From Felis catus (taxonomy: Eukaryota), in contig NC_058368.1 in NCBI RefSeq assembly GCF_018350175.1, forward strand, positions 99,822,001 to 99,886,000: a stretch of DNA of 64,000 bases, read 5' to 3'. Both the position numbers and the translations under genes were made by a program. Within the stretch, counting starts at the first letter, position 1. Each line of letters begins with the position of its first letter. This document shows positions 37,481-50,224 of the stretch, piece after piece. A model generated the notes under the pieces. The model was not told the origin of the DNA. It saw nothing but the letters and a program-made list of their open reading frames with translations, and ran no database searches.

Positions 37481-39384
37481 AAGAAGAACCAGGATCACAG
37501 AGGAAACTCCACCTCTGAGGCCCACGGACACAGGGCCTACTTAGGACTCTGGCTGGAGGCTGGATCAGGACAAGAGACCACAGCCCTCTCCTGACATCAG
37601 CAGGCTAGAAGACACCCAGGCATGCAACATTTCTGGAGGAGAGGGAAGAATGTGGAGAGAGACACTGGAGCACAAGAAAGAATGAAACCTGAGGGTACAA
37701 GGAAGTATCAAGAAGAACTCTGCAGCAAACCAGATTCAACTTCAACATGAGGAAACAATAGAGCTATTTGAAGCTGGTGTTGCATCAAGAGTAAATACAA
37801 CAACAAAAATTTCCAAACTCAGCTCACTTCCTGACAACATAGACCCAACACCTTATACTAAGGGCACAGCCAAAGAGACCACCCATGTCTAGGCATAAAT
37901 ACCATTTCAGTCAGTCTTTCCTTGCTACACATTATATCTACTGTCCGATAAAAATTAGGAGACACATACACAGCAAACAACTCACTGTCAAGAGATGAAA
38001 AAAATAAACAGAATTGGGCTCAGAGATTACTCAAATACTCAATTCTATAATAAAGGATGGCAGAGGGGAGGAAAAAAGAAGGTATAAAAAGCAATTTTAA
38101 TAACTGGATGCCAGTCTTCACATTTTAAGGGATCTTTACATGCATAACATAATGAATTTGAAACAAGCCAAGCCTAGATTCATCCTAACAAAACTCAGAA
38201 TGCCAGGTGTGAATTAAAGTGTTTAAAATCACTGAAAAAGAAAAATAAGTTTACCTTCAAAAGTATAAAAATAAGATTTGCATTTGCATTTTCCATCAGC
38301 ATTATTGGAAACTAGAAAATGTAGCAGTCTTAAAAATTCTGAAAGCAAGAGATTTTAGAGCTAGAACTCTACATTCAAAATATCAGATTTGATTTTGAAA
38401 GCAAAAGATAGACATTTGCAGCTATAAAAGGATAAAGATGACTGAAGGAATACCCAAGAACAATTTTTTAAAACATGAAATGTAATAGAGGGGAAGTGAG
38501 AGATCTGAGAAACAATGACATGAACTCAGGGAAGAATTGACAAGAAGTTGTAGAATGATACCTTTTGGGCATGTTTAGAGCACAGTCCACTCCAAACAGA
38601 GTAAATACTCGGTATGATTAAAATGCTGCATGTTCTAAATTGTAATCTATATTTTAATTATATCACCAGGTGATTTGAATCCATGTCAGAGTCTGAGAAA
38701 CATTAGTGTGAGTGCTCTATTTTGCTAGTTTACCATACCACAAGTCAATTGATAAACTCAAAAGTTGATACATCAAGAAGGCAAGGTTCAAGGATGACAT
38801 TTAGAACCATGGGCAGAGGGAGTAACAAGTAGAACTGAAAATAGAAAATTTCAACAGTTATTATATATAAAAAGAAAGATTATAAGATGAAGTAGAAGTA
38901 AATTTTTACTTTTCATATTCCACTCTTGGAAAAGCTTGTATTTAACTATGTAAGTATGTTATTTTTATAGCTATTATAAGGATATAAGGATGGGAATCCC
39001 AATGATTGCAAAATACTTATAGTTTCACAACTGTTTTAAACCTCCATTAACTATTTGACTTTGTTAAATTCAATTTGGTGTACTAGACCAGATAATTGTT
39101 ATATTCAAATCGTGTTTACACAAAATAAATACTATTAAAAACAAGCATAAAAGATTTACAACTATAGTTAAAATTCTATTTCTTTTTAAAGTATTCCATA
39201 CAACAAAATTCCATTTTGGTTCAACAAAAGTCTTTGGCAGTTTCTTAGATTTGATTGGAATAGAATTAAGCTTGGAAAAGTTTGCCTTTGGGAATGAAAA
39301 ACAATTATTGTTGAAATATAACTATTCATTGTTTGTATCACAACACAATAAAGTTCCAAATAATAGGCCATTATTTCCATATAT

Positions 39385-39441
39385 TCACAAATTGAAAGTA
39401 GTAGCTGGAGCCCTGGAATCCATGTTTAAACCAGAGTAGTT
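39385..39441 (-). CDS. Candidate terminal coding exon: NYSGLNMDSRAPATTFNL* followed by AU-rich 3'UTR-like sequence
   Basis: Acceptor gattgatctcattttag at 39442-39443, 659 nt after the 40101 donor. TGA at 39387-39385 in phase 0, followed by unique AT-rich sequence. Confidence 0.55.
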   Translation of the reverse strand, partial: NYSGLNMDSRAPATTFNL

Positions 39442-39569
39442 CTAAAATGAGATCAATCCCAATGCTCTACTCTAAACCCTAAAATGAATTTACCATTTCC
39501 TTGTCTTTATTATTGAAACAAATAATGCCATTCATAATGTCCTGGAGTTAAAAGTACACACAAATATGT

Positions 39570-40060
39570 TTTAGTAGTCAGCTGTGTTATAATAACAAAC
39601 AACTCATGAATCTCAATAGGTTCTGAATCCTACCAATAGAATCCTATACCAACCCAACACCTACTTATGGGGAAATGTGCCCAAGAATTTGTTACAGCAA
39701 CAAAGCTCTATTCCTCACTGTTGTTTTATGTTGGCAGCTGTGGGTCTCTGCCTCCCATATCCTTTTACACAAGGATCCAGGCTGAAGGGGAGACATTTAC
39801 TTGCAACACGTAATTCTCAGAGAAGGGGGAAAGATAACCAGAGAATTGGTGGGAACAGACACAATCAATGGCTGTTTAAGATTTGTGTTTGGATGTGGTA
39901 TATTTCACCTCTGATCACACTCCCTTGGCCAAAGCCCAGTGTCTGTGGGACAGGAATCTCTATTTCACCAGTACACACAGCAAGTTGCATAAATATGGAT
40001 GGGAGTCATAATCATCTTTCACAACAGAGAAAGAAATTGGGAATGCTAATATTCCATAAT
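39570..40060 (-). mobile_element. Old MLT1 (MLT1J/K-like) LTR in the last candidate intron
   Basis: tagtcagctgtgttataataacaaac...acagcaacaaagctctattcctcac...caaggatccaggctgaagg...cactcccttggccaaagc. Confidence 0.55.
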
Positions 40061-40100
40061 CCTTTTCTTTCCCTTGAACTTCACAGTCTGTCACACTTAC

Positions 40101-40178
40101 CTGGGAGATATTCTGAGGTCGTATGCCAGATGATGAAGTATTCCACAGAGGAACTGGAAAGCTGGAGGTATTGAATTC
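40101..40178 (-). CDS. Candidate penultimate coding exon (78 nt): EFNTSSFPVPLWNTSSSGIRPQNISQ in phase 0
   Basis: Acceptor ctcagccatactttctacag and perfect donor CAG|gtaagt; length is a multiple of 3. The frame is inferred from the neighbouring exons, since all three frames are open. Confidence 0.7.
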
Positions 40179-40826
40179 CTGTAGAAAGTATGGCTGAGTA
40201 AATTGAATAATGAAACATTTTTAATCTTAACAAAAATTCTGCATTTTTATTAAACTGATGCCATCTCAATTTATCTTTTAATTATATGGTGAAATAATAG
40301 ATTTATGATTATTTCTTTATGGAAGTTTTATAAGGACAATAAAAATAAGAAATATAGGACATGTTTCAATTAATCATGGATTAAACTGGGAGCCAAATTT
40401 GGCATGAGATGAGTTCTAACTATCGATTTTTCAGTTGAGGAGAAAGAGCTATTTAATTCCCATCAGATCTATGCAAAACAGACAGCTCTGAAAAGAATTC
40501 TGTGTGAAACATTAGAATTTGCCAGACTATGTGATTTCTCTCCATTTGTATGCAGAGTATATGCAAGCCAGACTGTAGACTCTGGAACTTTGCCAATATC
40601 ATTGTACCACATTTATTAGTAAGTTTGCCTGCACCTCTTATCCAAAAAGCTATCATCTTCAGTCAACAGAATGGCCAGTGTTAAAATTCTGACACTACTG
40701 AACAAGTAATACAAAGGGTAAATGTTTTCACCTGGATAGAGCATATACAGTAGGAATAAAAACATGTTGCAACAGTTACTTAATGACTTTTATTATAAAA
40801 TTCAAAGGTTAAAGTGTACTTGTTAT

Positions 40827-40828
<2 letters not shown>

Positions 40829-40862
<34 letters not shown>

Positions 40863-40871
40863 TGCACGCAC
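40829..40871 (+). repeat. (CA)n microsatellite
   Basis: Read directly. Confidence 0.9.
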
Positions 40872-41433
40872 TGGAGAAGGTATTGACTGCTCTAAATAAA
40901 AAGTAAAAACTCTAGGAATAAAACTGGACCAAACTGACAGTCACTTCTATTTTATTATTTTGTATTCAAATACAAAGCTGCAACAGCTGAGGAAAATGCC
41001 CTTTTCCTCTTGAATTTTAAGGCAAAATACTCAATGTACATAAGCTTACCAATATAAAACCTTATGACACAGACCTAATTTCATTGTCTTGTCATCGTGA
41101 GTATTATAATGGACAAAAATAACCTTGATCAAGGGAAAGTCCATGGGGTGGGGATGGGACAAACCAAAATTTTTGAGAAACTGCAAAAATGGGCAATAAA
41201 AATAACAACGTAGCATTCCCAACCCTATTTCATTTTGTAAAAATTTCTTATACACGGAGAGCATTTCAAAAAGTTTTTGGCATGAGGAGCATTATATTGC
41301 AAACAGCCTTCTATTTGAATCTCAGTCCTATATTTATAGCTATGGGAAAGTCAGTTATGCTGTTTGAGCTTCATGTATTAAATGAGGAAAGGTAAGACAT
41401 ACATTGAAATAATGTAAGAATTCGAAAGAACAC

Positions 41434-41591
41434 GGGAAGCCTGGGTGGTTCAGTTGGTTAAGCATCCGACTTTGGCTCAGGTCATGATTTCACAGTTGGA
41501 GTTTGAGCCCCGTGTTGGGCTCTGTGCTGACAGCTCAGAGCCTGGAGCCTGCTTCGGAGTCTCCCTCTCTCTGACCCTCCCCTCCTCACGA

Positions 41592-41648
<57 letters not shown>

Positions 41649-41672
41649 AATAAATAAACATTAAAAAAATTT
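41434..41672 (+). mobile_element. SINEC_Fc-type SINE with long (CT)n
   Basis: Head/body/tail. Confidence 0.93.
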
Positions 41673-42107
41673 AATAGAAAAAAATGAATTAGAGAGAATG
41701 CATAGCATAGTTTTGGGCACACAAGTGGAATTCAATTTTTGCAAGTTTTCATGGTTGTTATGGTTGTTTTTAATGTTTATTAATATGAAAAAGTATTCAA
41801 ACTTCAAGAAACTACTCTAGTGCTTATTTTAAAGAATCCATTCAAAACATTTTGGGAGTATGAGCTATGCAAGACAATGTGTTAAGGGCTAAGCAAGGCA
41901 CCAAAAAAGGGTACCTTTTTTCCCTGTTGCGAATGTGGGATTGAAAAGCAAGAAGACTTAGCTAGAAAAAACACCAGAGCTATCTGGATGTCACTTTTGT
42001 GACTGAATACAGAGTTCTGTGCATTCTGGATGTTTCAGCAGGCATGGGTGAGGCAGTGCATTTTTTCTTTCTCAGTGTGTTGTTTGATCACAGGAGATGT
42101 GGCACAA

Positions 42108-42850
42108 TGAGAAATAGATATTTGGTCTTTGTCCCTAGTTCCTGACACAGAGCTCTTATACCCTATGTAATTTCCTGAGTGACAGGAGCACCTTTTGATT
42201 CAATGAGGTGACTCTTGATGCACCTAGGTAGCTTCTGGATGGGGGCTGGTGTCCAGAAAGACGAAGGCATGGTTAGAGGGTTTCGGTCCCACCCCTCAGT
42301 CACTGGAGAAGGGAGAGAGAGTGGAGGTTTAGTTAGCACCAGTGGCCAATTATTTAATTCATTATGTCTGTGTAATGCAACCTCCATGAATGCCTCGTAA
42401 ATGACGGTTTGTAGAGCTTCCCAGTTGGTGGACATATGGAGGTGATGGCAGGGTGGCACACTCTCCTTCCCACATACCTTACCCTATCCATCTCTTCCAC
42501 CCGGCTGGTTCTGAATTTCTATCCTTTATAATGATAGAATTATTATAGCATTAAAGTGTTTTCCCGAGACCTGGGAATTGTTCTAGCACATTATCAAACT
42601 TGAGGGAGGGTCACAAGGACCCCCAATCTATAGCTAGGAGGTCAAAAGTACAGGTAGAAATTTGGGACTTGCAATTTGTACCTAAGGCAGGAGCAGTCTT
42701 GTGGGCCTGAGTTCTTATTCTATCAGCTCTGTATTAACTCCAGATAGGTAATAGTATTAAATTGTATGACACCTGGTTCATGTCCAGAGTGTTGAGAGAA
42801 TTGGTTGTTAATGGGAGGGGGGGGACCTCTACCTATTTGGTGTCAGAAGT
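42108..42850. mobile_element. MER21C-like LTR
   Basis: gaaatagatatttggtctttgtccctagttcctgacacagagctc...tttggtgtcagaag matches the recalled MER21 family. Confidence 0.72.
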
Positions 42851-43007
42851 TTTAAAGGGAAAGAAGGTGGAAATTGTGTATAAAAAAAAAAGTATAGCAG
42901 ATATTCCAGCTGAATCATATTCTTTTGAAAGAAGTGAAATACTAGGTACATAGAATTCGAAAGCAATTTGATGAACTGTAGGATACAAAATGATGGGATT
43001 TTTAAAT

Positions 43008-43028
43008 TATTTTTTAATGCTTATTTAT

Positions 43029-43079
<51 letters not shown>

Positions 43080-43204
43080 CCCAAGCAGGCTCTATGCTAT
43101 CAGCACACAGCCTGACGCAGGGTTCAAACTCACGAACTGTGAGACCACGGCCTGAACTGGAATGAAGAGTGGGACGCTTAACTGATTGAGCCACCCAGGT
43201 GCCC
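43008..43204 (-). mobile_element. CanSINE
   Basis: TSD acaaaatgatg. Confidence 0.93.
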
Positions 43205-44169
43205 ACAAAATGATGTGTTTTTTTTAATGACTTTGTTTAATCTTGGAATTTTAATGGTGTTTTGAATTCCCAAGGGGGTTAGGAGTAGGTTGAGCCACTG
43301 TTCATGTGATATCTAGACATTATTAACAATAGGATGAATCAAAACTGGAAAAAGGGTAATGAATAACAGTAATGAGGGACCCAAGGAAGTGTTAAACTCT
43401 TATCTATGGTTTTGTCTACATTTTAATCTTTCCCTTCATAATCTTTTCTGATCTGTTTGTACACATACAACCCATCATTAAACACTACACTGGCTTGTAT
43501 TTTATGCTGAAATTGTAATGAGCAACATCCCAAGTCAGCACCACTGACTGCCAAGGATAGCCAGATCTTTCAGGACCAGCCCAACATGCCAACTTTAAAA
43601 TAAAGTGCAAATGTCACATGGGCATATAAGGAATAGTAATAAGAAGAGAATTGTCTGGAAAAGAAACATTTGCCTAATAACGGCTTTACAAGTTTTATTT
43701 GAATTCAGTGATAGAACAGATTTTAATTATGTCTAGAATTAGTCTAAAGAAAGATAATCTTGAAAGGTACTCTTTCACAATTATGTGGGGAATATTATAC
43801 ATGGTTTGAAGAATGAAGGGACTAAACTACTTCTGATATTTCTTGATACGTGAAATCGTTTCATATTTATCCAATTAACACATAAAACATGCCAACAGAT
43901 TAAAATCCCACAGTATGCACTCCCATTAACCAGGCTGGCTGACATCCTATTGAATACATAAGTGCAAATTTGACCCACAGATAAACAAAAGATTATAGAT
44001 GCACTTTCTAAGAAGCTTTCAAACTAATGAAGAAAAACAGAAATTAAAGAAATAGACCTAATAATAGAACATTAATTCACTGTCTAAAATGATAAGTCAG
44101 CATCTCTTGTATCAACTTGTTGTAATGAACACGAAGAAAGTTCATACGCTCATTTAAAGAGCCAAACTA

Positions 44170-44331
44170 GGGACACCTAGATAGCTCAGTGGTTAAGCAG
44201 TGGCTCAGGTTATGATCTCATGGTTCATGGGTTAGAGCCCTCCCTGCATGGGGCTCTGCCCTGACAGTGTGGAGCCTGCATGGGATTCTCTCTCTCACCT
44301 TCCTTCTCTGCCCCTCCCCCACTGGGGCGCA

Positions 44332-44377
<46 letters not shown>

Positions 44378-44410
44378 ATAAGTAAGTAGACTTTTAAAAT
44401 AAATAAATAA
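44170..44410 (+). mobile_element. CanSINE
   Basis: TSD aagagccaaacta. Confidence 0.93.
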
Positions 44411-44515
44411 GAGCCAAACTATAAATAATATAAAACTTGGTTGTCTGAGTGCCTTAGATCAATATTTTTTTGCCATTGACTAACTTTGTACCAAAAAAAG
44501 AAATCTTAGCCACAT

Positions 44516-44657
44516 TTTTGTTTGTTTGTTTGTTTGTTTGTTTGTTTGTTTGTTTTGAGAGAGAGTGGGAGAGCGAATGGATGGGGGAGGGGCAAAGGGA
44601 AAGGGAGAGAGATAGACAGAATCTTAAGCAGGCTCCACACCCAGCGCAGAGCCCAAC
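44516..44657 (-). mobile_element. 5'-truncated CanSINE with (TTTG)n tail
   Basis: 3' half only (aagcaggctccacacccagcgcagagccc). Confidence 0.85.
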
Positions 44658-46549
44658 CACAGTTTCTAATAAAAAGCTAAAATGATTCTTTACATGGGAG
44701 CGAGAAGATCCCTAGGAAATGTGACATGTAAAGGGAATTATGTTTTAAAAGTTTGACTCCTATTTTAAAAGCTCTTATTACCTACCACTGACATAAGTAG
44801 TACCAGAGAAATCTTTTCTTTTATTAGATAAACATAAGGCCACAAATTCATCACTGGAGAGTGTGTTTCTGTAAGCCACTTCACTCAGAGTGTGTGCTAG
44901 GATTTTTCTATTCATACCTATTCTCTCCTCTCTTCCTCGCCTCTTCCTGATCTCGTGTTCATCTACAAACGCTCACCCACTATTTCTAGTAAAATATTCT
45001 GTGGTTTACAACTTTTATACAAAATATTTGTCTTTCAGAGGACGACAATGATGGAAATGAAAATAAGAATAGAAAAAGATGAGTGTAGGTAACTACTATA
45101 ACTATGAGTAGTCATTGTTAAACAACGCTACCTGTAAATACCATCAAGATCATTGCTCTTGAGAAAGCTGGAAACTAAAAAGGAAAACCATTCCCAAACA
45201 TAAAAATAAAACCCGACAATGAAAAATATGTTTAATTTACAAATAAAAGTAATTAATATCTTTGAAGAAGTAATTAAGAACAAAAATCTGCTGTATAAGG
45301 AAAATCAAAATTGCATATGGAAACCAATTGTTCTAGAAGATTATATAAAAGAAACAAAAGTATACATTAAAAATTAATGAGTACCTATCAAGTATTAAGT
45401 CAGCAGCAAGGATACTAATTTTGACTATGACAGTGGGGTAGTTTGCTGTTTTTTGTTTTAGCCAAGAAGAGAAGAAAATAAATTCTCTAATTGAGAGCAC
45501 TGTATTATGAAACAGTTTCCCCTAGAAACTTATTTCCATTTCACTGTTCCTACATTCAAGAGAATACACAAAATATATTTGTTGACCTAGATCTTAGTTA
45601 ACTTTGAAAGATGCCTTAGAAGTCTCTTTAACTTCCCACAGGCTTGCAACAAAAGAAGTGATGAAATCTTCTCATGTGCATTACAGAAAAATTTGAGACT
45701 ATAAACGTTATGCCCCATACAGCTAACAATAATTGCAAGAGAGAAGTGGGGAAAAAATTAGGAATCATGAAAAAAGTAATTCCGAATAGCTGAGTTCTCA
45801 CTAATCACTGTCAGGAAGGCAGTGCTGATTAAAAGTTTTCAGACTGCCATCAGAACCTGTCAGGCCAGAGGGCACTGATTTTCAATTCACAGCAGTATCA
45901 TGCGAGCATTTCATTTGAAAAGTGCATGACCCAGTCCTGAAGGAATATTTTACATATTTATTTGCCTTGAACTCAACTCAGTTTTTTTTTTTCAATCAAA
46001 ACACCCCCATGATTTCAGGACATCTTTCTCAAGAAAATATATTATCCTTTTAGTGTGACAATAAAGAAACCGGCGGTCTAGGAAAATTCTAGTTGGAGCG
46101 TATTGAAAGTGGAAATAGTGGTTAAGTCTAAAATATGTAATTAACCCTAGGTTCAATCCACATATTGCAAAAAGTGATAATGCACTAAAGAAGTGTTATT
46201 CAAATCACAAACATGGAAAATGATTACGTGTAGCCTTCAGTGAGATCTCTGGTATTATTTAACTCAGAGTATCATCAACAATGGTTTAAAGTTGATGGAT
46301 AGACTCTAAGAAATCAAATCTGCCATTAGTAAACCATTGAATAAACCACTGTGTACTTGATAAAGTGAAATATAAGCAGGTAACATTAATCTGAGGATCA
46401 GTGCTTAGTCATGAATGATTTTTTTTTTGTTTTATAATTCAAAATAGAAGCCAAAGTACAAATCCCAAACATAACACCTTTAGTTAAAAGTTACGAATTC
46501 CACACCAATATTTACCACTAGAACTATACATTCACCTTCATTCAATTTT

Positions 46550-46710
46550 CAGTGAATCATGTAGCTGAAAGTTCACTATCCTATACCTTACTTTCTTCCT
46601 CTGCAAAATGGGTAAAACAATACATAACAAATAAGGTTGCAGTGAGGATTAAGTAAGGTAATACATGCAAAGTAGATACCTTGGTACCAAAAATCAAATA
46701 ATAGTACATA
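46550..46710 (+). mobile_element. MIR
   Basis: ctctgcaaaatgggtaaaacaatac...aaggttgcagtgaggattaagtaaggtaatacatgcaaagt. Confidence 0.7.
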
Positions 46711-46934
46711 TCATTACCCAAAACAAAACAAAAAATCCTGCCAATTACTATACACTGGCTAAACTCTATTACTTTTCATACATTTTCACTAATCCTCAAG
46801 CCTCGCTAAAAAGTTTGTTATCCCTGCTAAAGGAAACAAGCAAAGACAGATCCAATAACTTAGAGAATTACTAAGTAGAGATATTCAGATTACAATGAAT
46901 GTTTGACCACAAAGCCCACCTATTTTCAACTATA

Positions 46935-47115
46935 CCAATGGTTCTCAAATTTAAGTATACATAAGAGTCTCCTGGAAAGCTTATGAAATATAGTTGCTGG
47001 ATCTGGTCACCAGAGGTTCTGATTGAGCACATTGAGGTGATAGCCATGAATGTGTATTTGTAACAAGCTTATAGGTGATGCTGATGCCCCCTGGTCCAGA
47101 GACCGCATTTTGATT
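46935..47115. mobile_element. MER5A hAT-Charlie MITE
   Basis: caatggttctcaaattt...taacaagcttataggtgatgctgatgcc...ggtccagagaccgcattttga. Confidence 0.8.
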
Positions 47116-47469
47116 GAATCATACCATACAGTCTCTCCTAAAATGCAGGATAAATTGATGGTAATTGCATCCATCTTAGAGGACCCTTTTTATAAACCCG
47201 TACACAGATAGGTGAAAAGGCTAGATAATGCATCTGTATTCAATCTTATCATTTAAAAATCCAGGCAACAGTTGGTTTTAGTATTGTATCTGGGCAAAAA
47301 TGCACTTCCTCCTTATTAGATGGAGTTCTGAATCCCCTCCTTTCAAAAAAGAAATCATTCTGAAAACAATCTTGGTTTCCTAAATTCCCTAGTAAGCCAA
47401 ATAACAGAATTTTCAGAGAACTCTCCAAATCTTCCTGTTTGAACTATATATTTAAAAATAAATAATTGA

Positions 47470-47691
47470 GGGGCGCCTGGGTGGCTCAGTCGGTTGAGCG
47501 TCGGACTTCAGCTCAGGTCACGATCTCGCGGTCCCTAAGTTCGAGCTCCGCGTCAGGCTCTGGGCTGATGGCTCAGAGCCTGGAGCCTGCTTCCGATTCT
47601 GTGTCTCCCTCTCTCTCCGCCCCTCCCCCATTCATGCTCTGTCTCTCTCTGTCTCAAAAATAAATAAATGTTAAAAAAAGTTTAAAAAAAT
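47470..47691 (+). mobile_element. SINEC_Fc SINE, young
   Basis: CpG-rich; perfect 16-bp TSD AAAAATAAATAATTGA 47454-47469/47692-47707. Confidence 0.97.
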
Positions 47692-49692
47692 AAAAATAAA
47701 TAATTGATAAAATATACAAATGAGCACAACATTCATGATAGAAAGCTATTTTCTGCACTGCTATAGATATATAGCACACTCAATACCTGTAATGATTTCA
47801 AAAAGGTCTTGGTAAAGATTTGCACTAATTATTGATTCATTTCTGTGCAGGCACTTTTATATGGATGAAGGTTGCAGTTAGCCCAGTTTTTATACTTTGA
47901 GGAAAGGATTCAACAAACCTGCTGAGTAGCAGCTACCACTGTTTTAAAAATACACATATCTAAACATATCTATGGATCAAAGAATCATAGAAAGGACCGA
48001 CAAAGAGAAAGTATTCAATTAATTAATTAAACAACAATTCTTTCTGTGAAATCTGAGACAGGTAATCATGTATTCACTCCTGTCCACCTAAACACTTTTT
48101 GTGAAGGGAAATTCATCAAGCTGTGTATTTCACTTTTCAACCATTCTACTTATTAAAAAGGTTTCTCTTTTATTCTGTGCATTTTTAATCTGGGGTCCAT
48201 GCAAACTCCTTCCCCATTGTAGTTGATCTATGGGGCTGAAATCCTAAGCAAACATTTGCATACCGTTGGTGTATATCTTCCATCAACTCAGTGACTCAAA
48301 ACAGGTGCAGAACCATTGATTTACATCATGAATTCCATCCTCATGCAAAAAATCCTTCCTCCTACTTATGCCATTGGGAATTTTATAGCCTCAAAGTTTG
48401 CTACTGCTTCAATATATCAGCTTTCCCATTACTTTGAAAGAAGTAATCCTGTCCTCCCCCAATTGACTGGTCTTCTCTTTCATACATTCAACATTTCCAG
48501 TTTTCTCCACCATTCCAGTCTGATGTGCTTTCTGGATACTTGCAATTTTTCTCTCCTCCAGGATTGCTAAATATTTATTTTGAGGCATATTAGTAACCAT
48601 CACATTTTTGTGTGATTGAATTTGTGCAATTAATTTTTTCTCAATGTACATCATACCAAACATAAACTAAAATGCAATCTATTGTTCTGCCATCATTTAT
48701 GATAAACGAAGATAGCACTTTGAAGGGTAAAATTTTGTATATTTCCTAACGTTAGCACTACTTTCTTTGGTCTAATGCTTAATTTCATGCTGGAAAAACA
48801 AATCTTTCAACAATTCCAAAAATATTTCACATTTTCACTTGCTCTGTGTTAACATACTTAAATGCATTTCAAAGTAATACAACCACACAAAATAGAAGAG
48901 TATACATTAATTGATACAAACAGGAATCTTCATGCTTAATCTAATGATGCATTCTATTGTTCTTGATGACAAAAAATTTAAAAAAACCTTCCCTCCGAAT
49001 TTGAAAGAACCTTGCAGGCAACCTTGCAGCAACAATCTTTAGACTGTCTTGTTTCTAAACTCCACATTGTGCTGTGAGGTTTAGTACAACAACACACATG
49101 AAGGAAATGAAAATATAAGAGTGCCCAGGGATGACATATATATTGTAAGAACAGATACAAATAAAGGGAAACAAAGAGACTCTAAGAACAGAGAGGAGAG
49201 CAAATAACCACGTGGACTACAAATCATACTGTTTTCAGGGATACTGATTACAGCGCATTGCCCTCTGGGGAACTATGTGTAAGACATTTATTATTTTTCA
49301 TATTACTTAAAGGTACTAAAAGGTTGTCTGACATGAAAAAATAATCAGAGAAACCTAAATAAAAATATGTTTAGGTTAACAGTCAATCAGAATTACCCAT
49401 GAATTTCTCATCATATTCATCTATTTGCTCACTTGGCTAAGGTTGAAAGGAATTCCAAATAGAAGTGAATTTTATTGAGAAAAATTAAAGAGCACAAAAG
49501 TAAAATGTGTGATGATGGATCAAATGAAGAATTCTGCCCTGGATTTGACACCTTTATAAGATTCATGATAATACTAATCATAATTTTACTAAATACCGTA
49601 ACACCTTTACTGAGGACTCAACAATGTGACAATGAATGTGCTTAGTATATTCAGCCAATTACCTCATTTACACCTCATAACCACTGGATAGG

Positions 49693-49916
49693 TCAGGAGT
49701 TGCCAAACTAGAGGCTGGGGGACAAATCTGACCACCAAACTGTTTTTGTAAATTAAGTTTTATTAGAATGCAGTTACCGCTCATTCAATTACATAGTGCC
49801 TGTGGCTGCTTTCACCCCACAAAGGCAGCGTTAGGTAGTTGCAGCAGACCATACATTCTGTAAACCTAAAATATTTGCTTATATGGCCCGCTACAGGAAA
49901 AGTCTGCCAATTCCTG
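49693..49916 (+). mobile_element. MER58A hAT-Charlie MITE, nested in MIR-like sequence
   Basis: Terminal inverted repeats caggagttgccaaact / agtctgccaattcctg. Confidence 0.82.
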
Positions 49917-50224
49917 AAATAGATGTTATCGATTTTACTTTTATTTTCAGTTGAAAAAACTAAGATAGCCTATTTGATAGGTGATGTTCTGTAATTATCC
50001 TTGAATGACAATAAAAATCTAATGAGTTAAATTCCAAGCCTATCATGAATGACCTTCTCCATGAGAAAGATGTATAGTTCTTATCCTATGGCCCGCATCC
50101 TATAGCCAACAGTGAAGTCACAATATGTGAATTTTAGAAAGCTTAAATTAATTGATGAAACTTGGACTTTGGTATGTATTATTTCAAACTGAAGAATAAG
50201 AAAAATAAAAGGGACAGAGTATAT

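Larger units (their letters stand above)
36520..38450 (+). mobile_element. Old L1M 5'UTR/ORF1-like (or HAL1) remnants, interrupted by SINEs
   Basis: A-rich ORF1-like motifs aaaattctgaaagcaagagattttagagctagaactctacattc, aaaagatagacattt, aaaaattaggagacacatac. Confidence 0.5.

Noticed and set aside
39677..40174. 165-aa plus-strand ORF, the longest in the track
   Set aside because: Starts at GTG inside an old MLT1 LTR and ends antisense to the 78-nt exon; most likely a chance ORF.
45132..45174. 43-nt exon-like segment (ttttcctttttag … AG|gtagcg) on the minus strand
   Set aside because: Good acceptor but weak donor, and it would shift the frame of the phase-0 chain.
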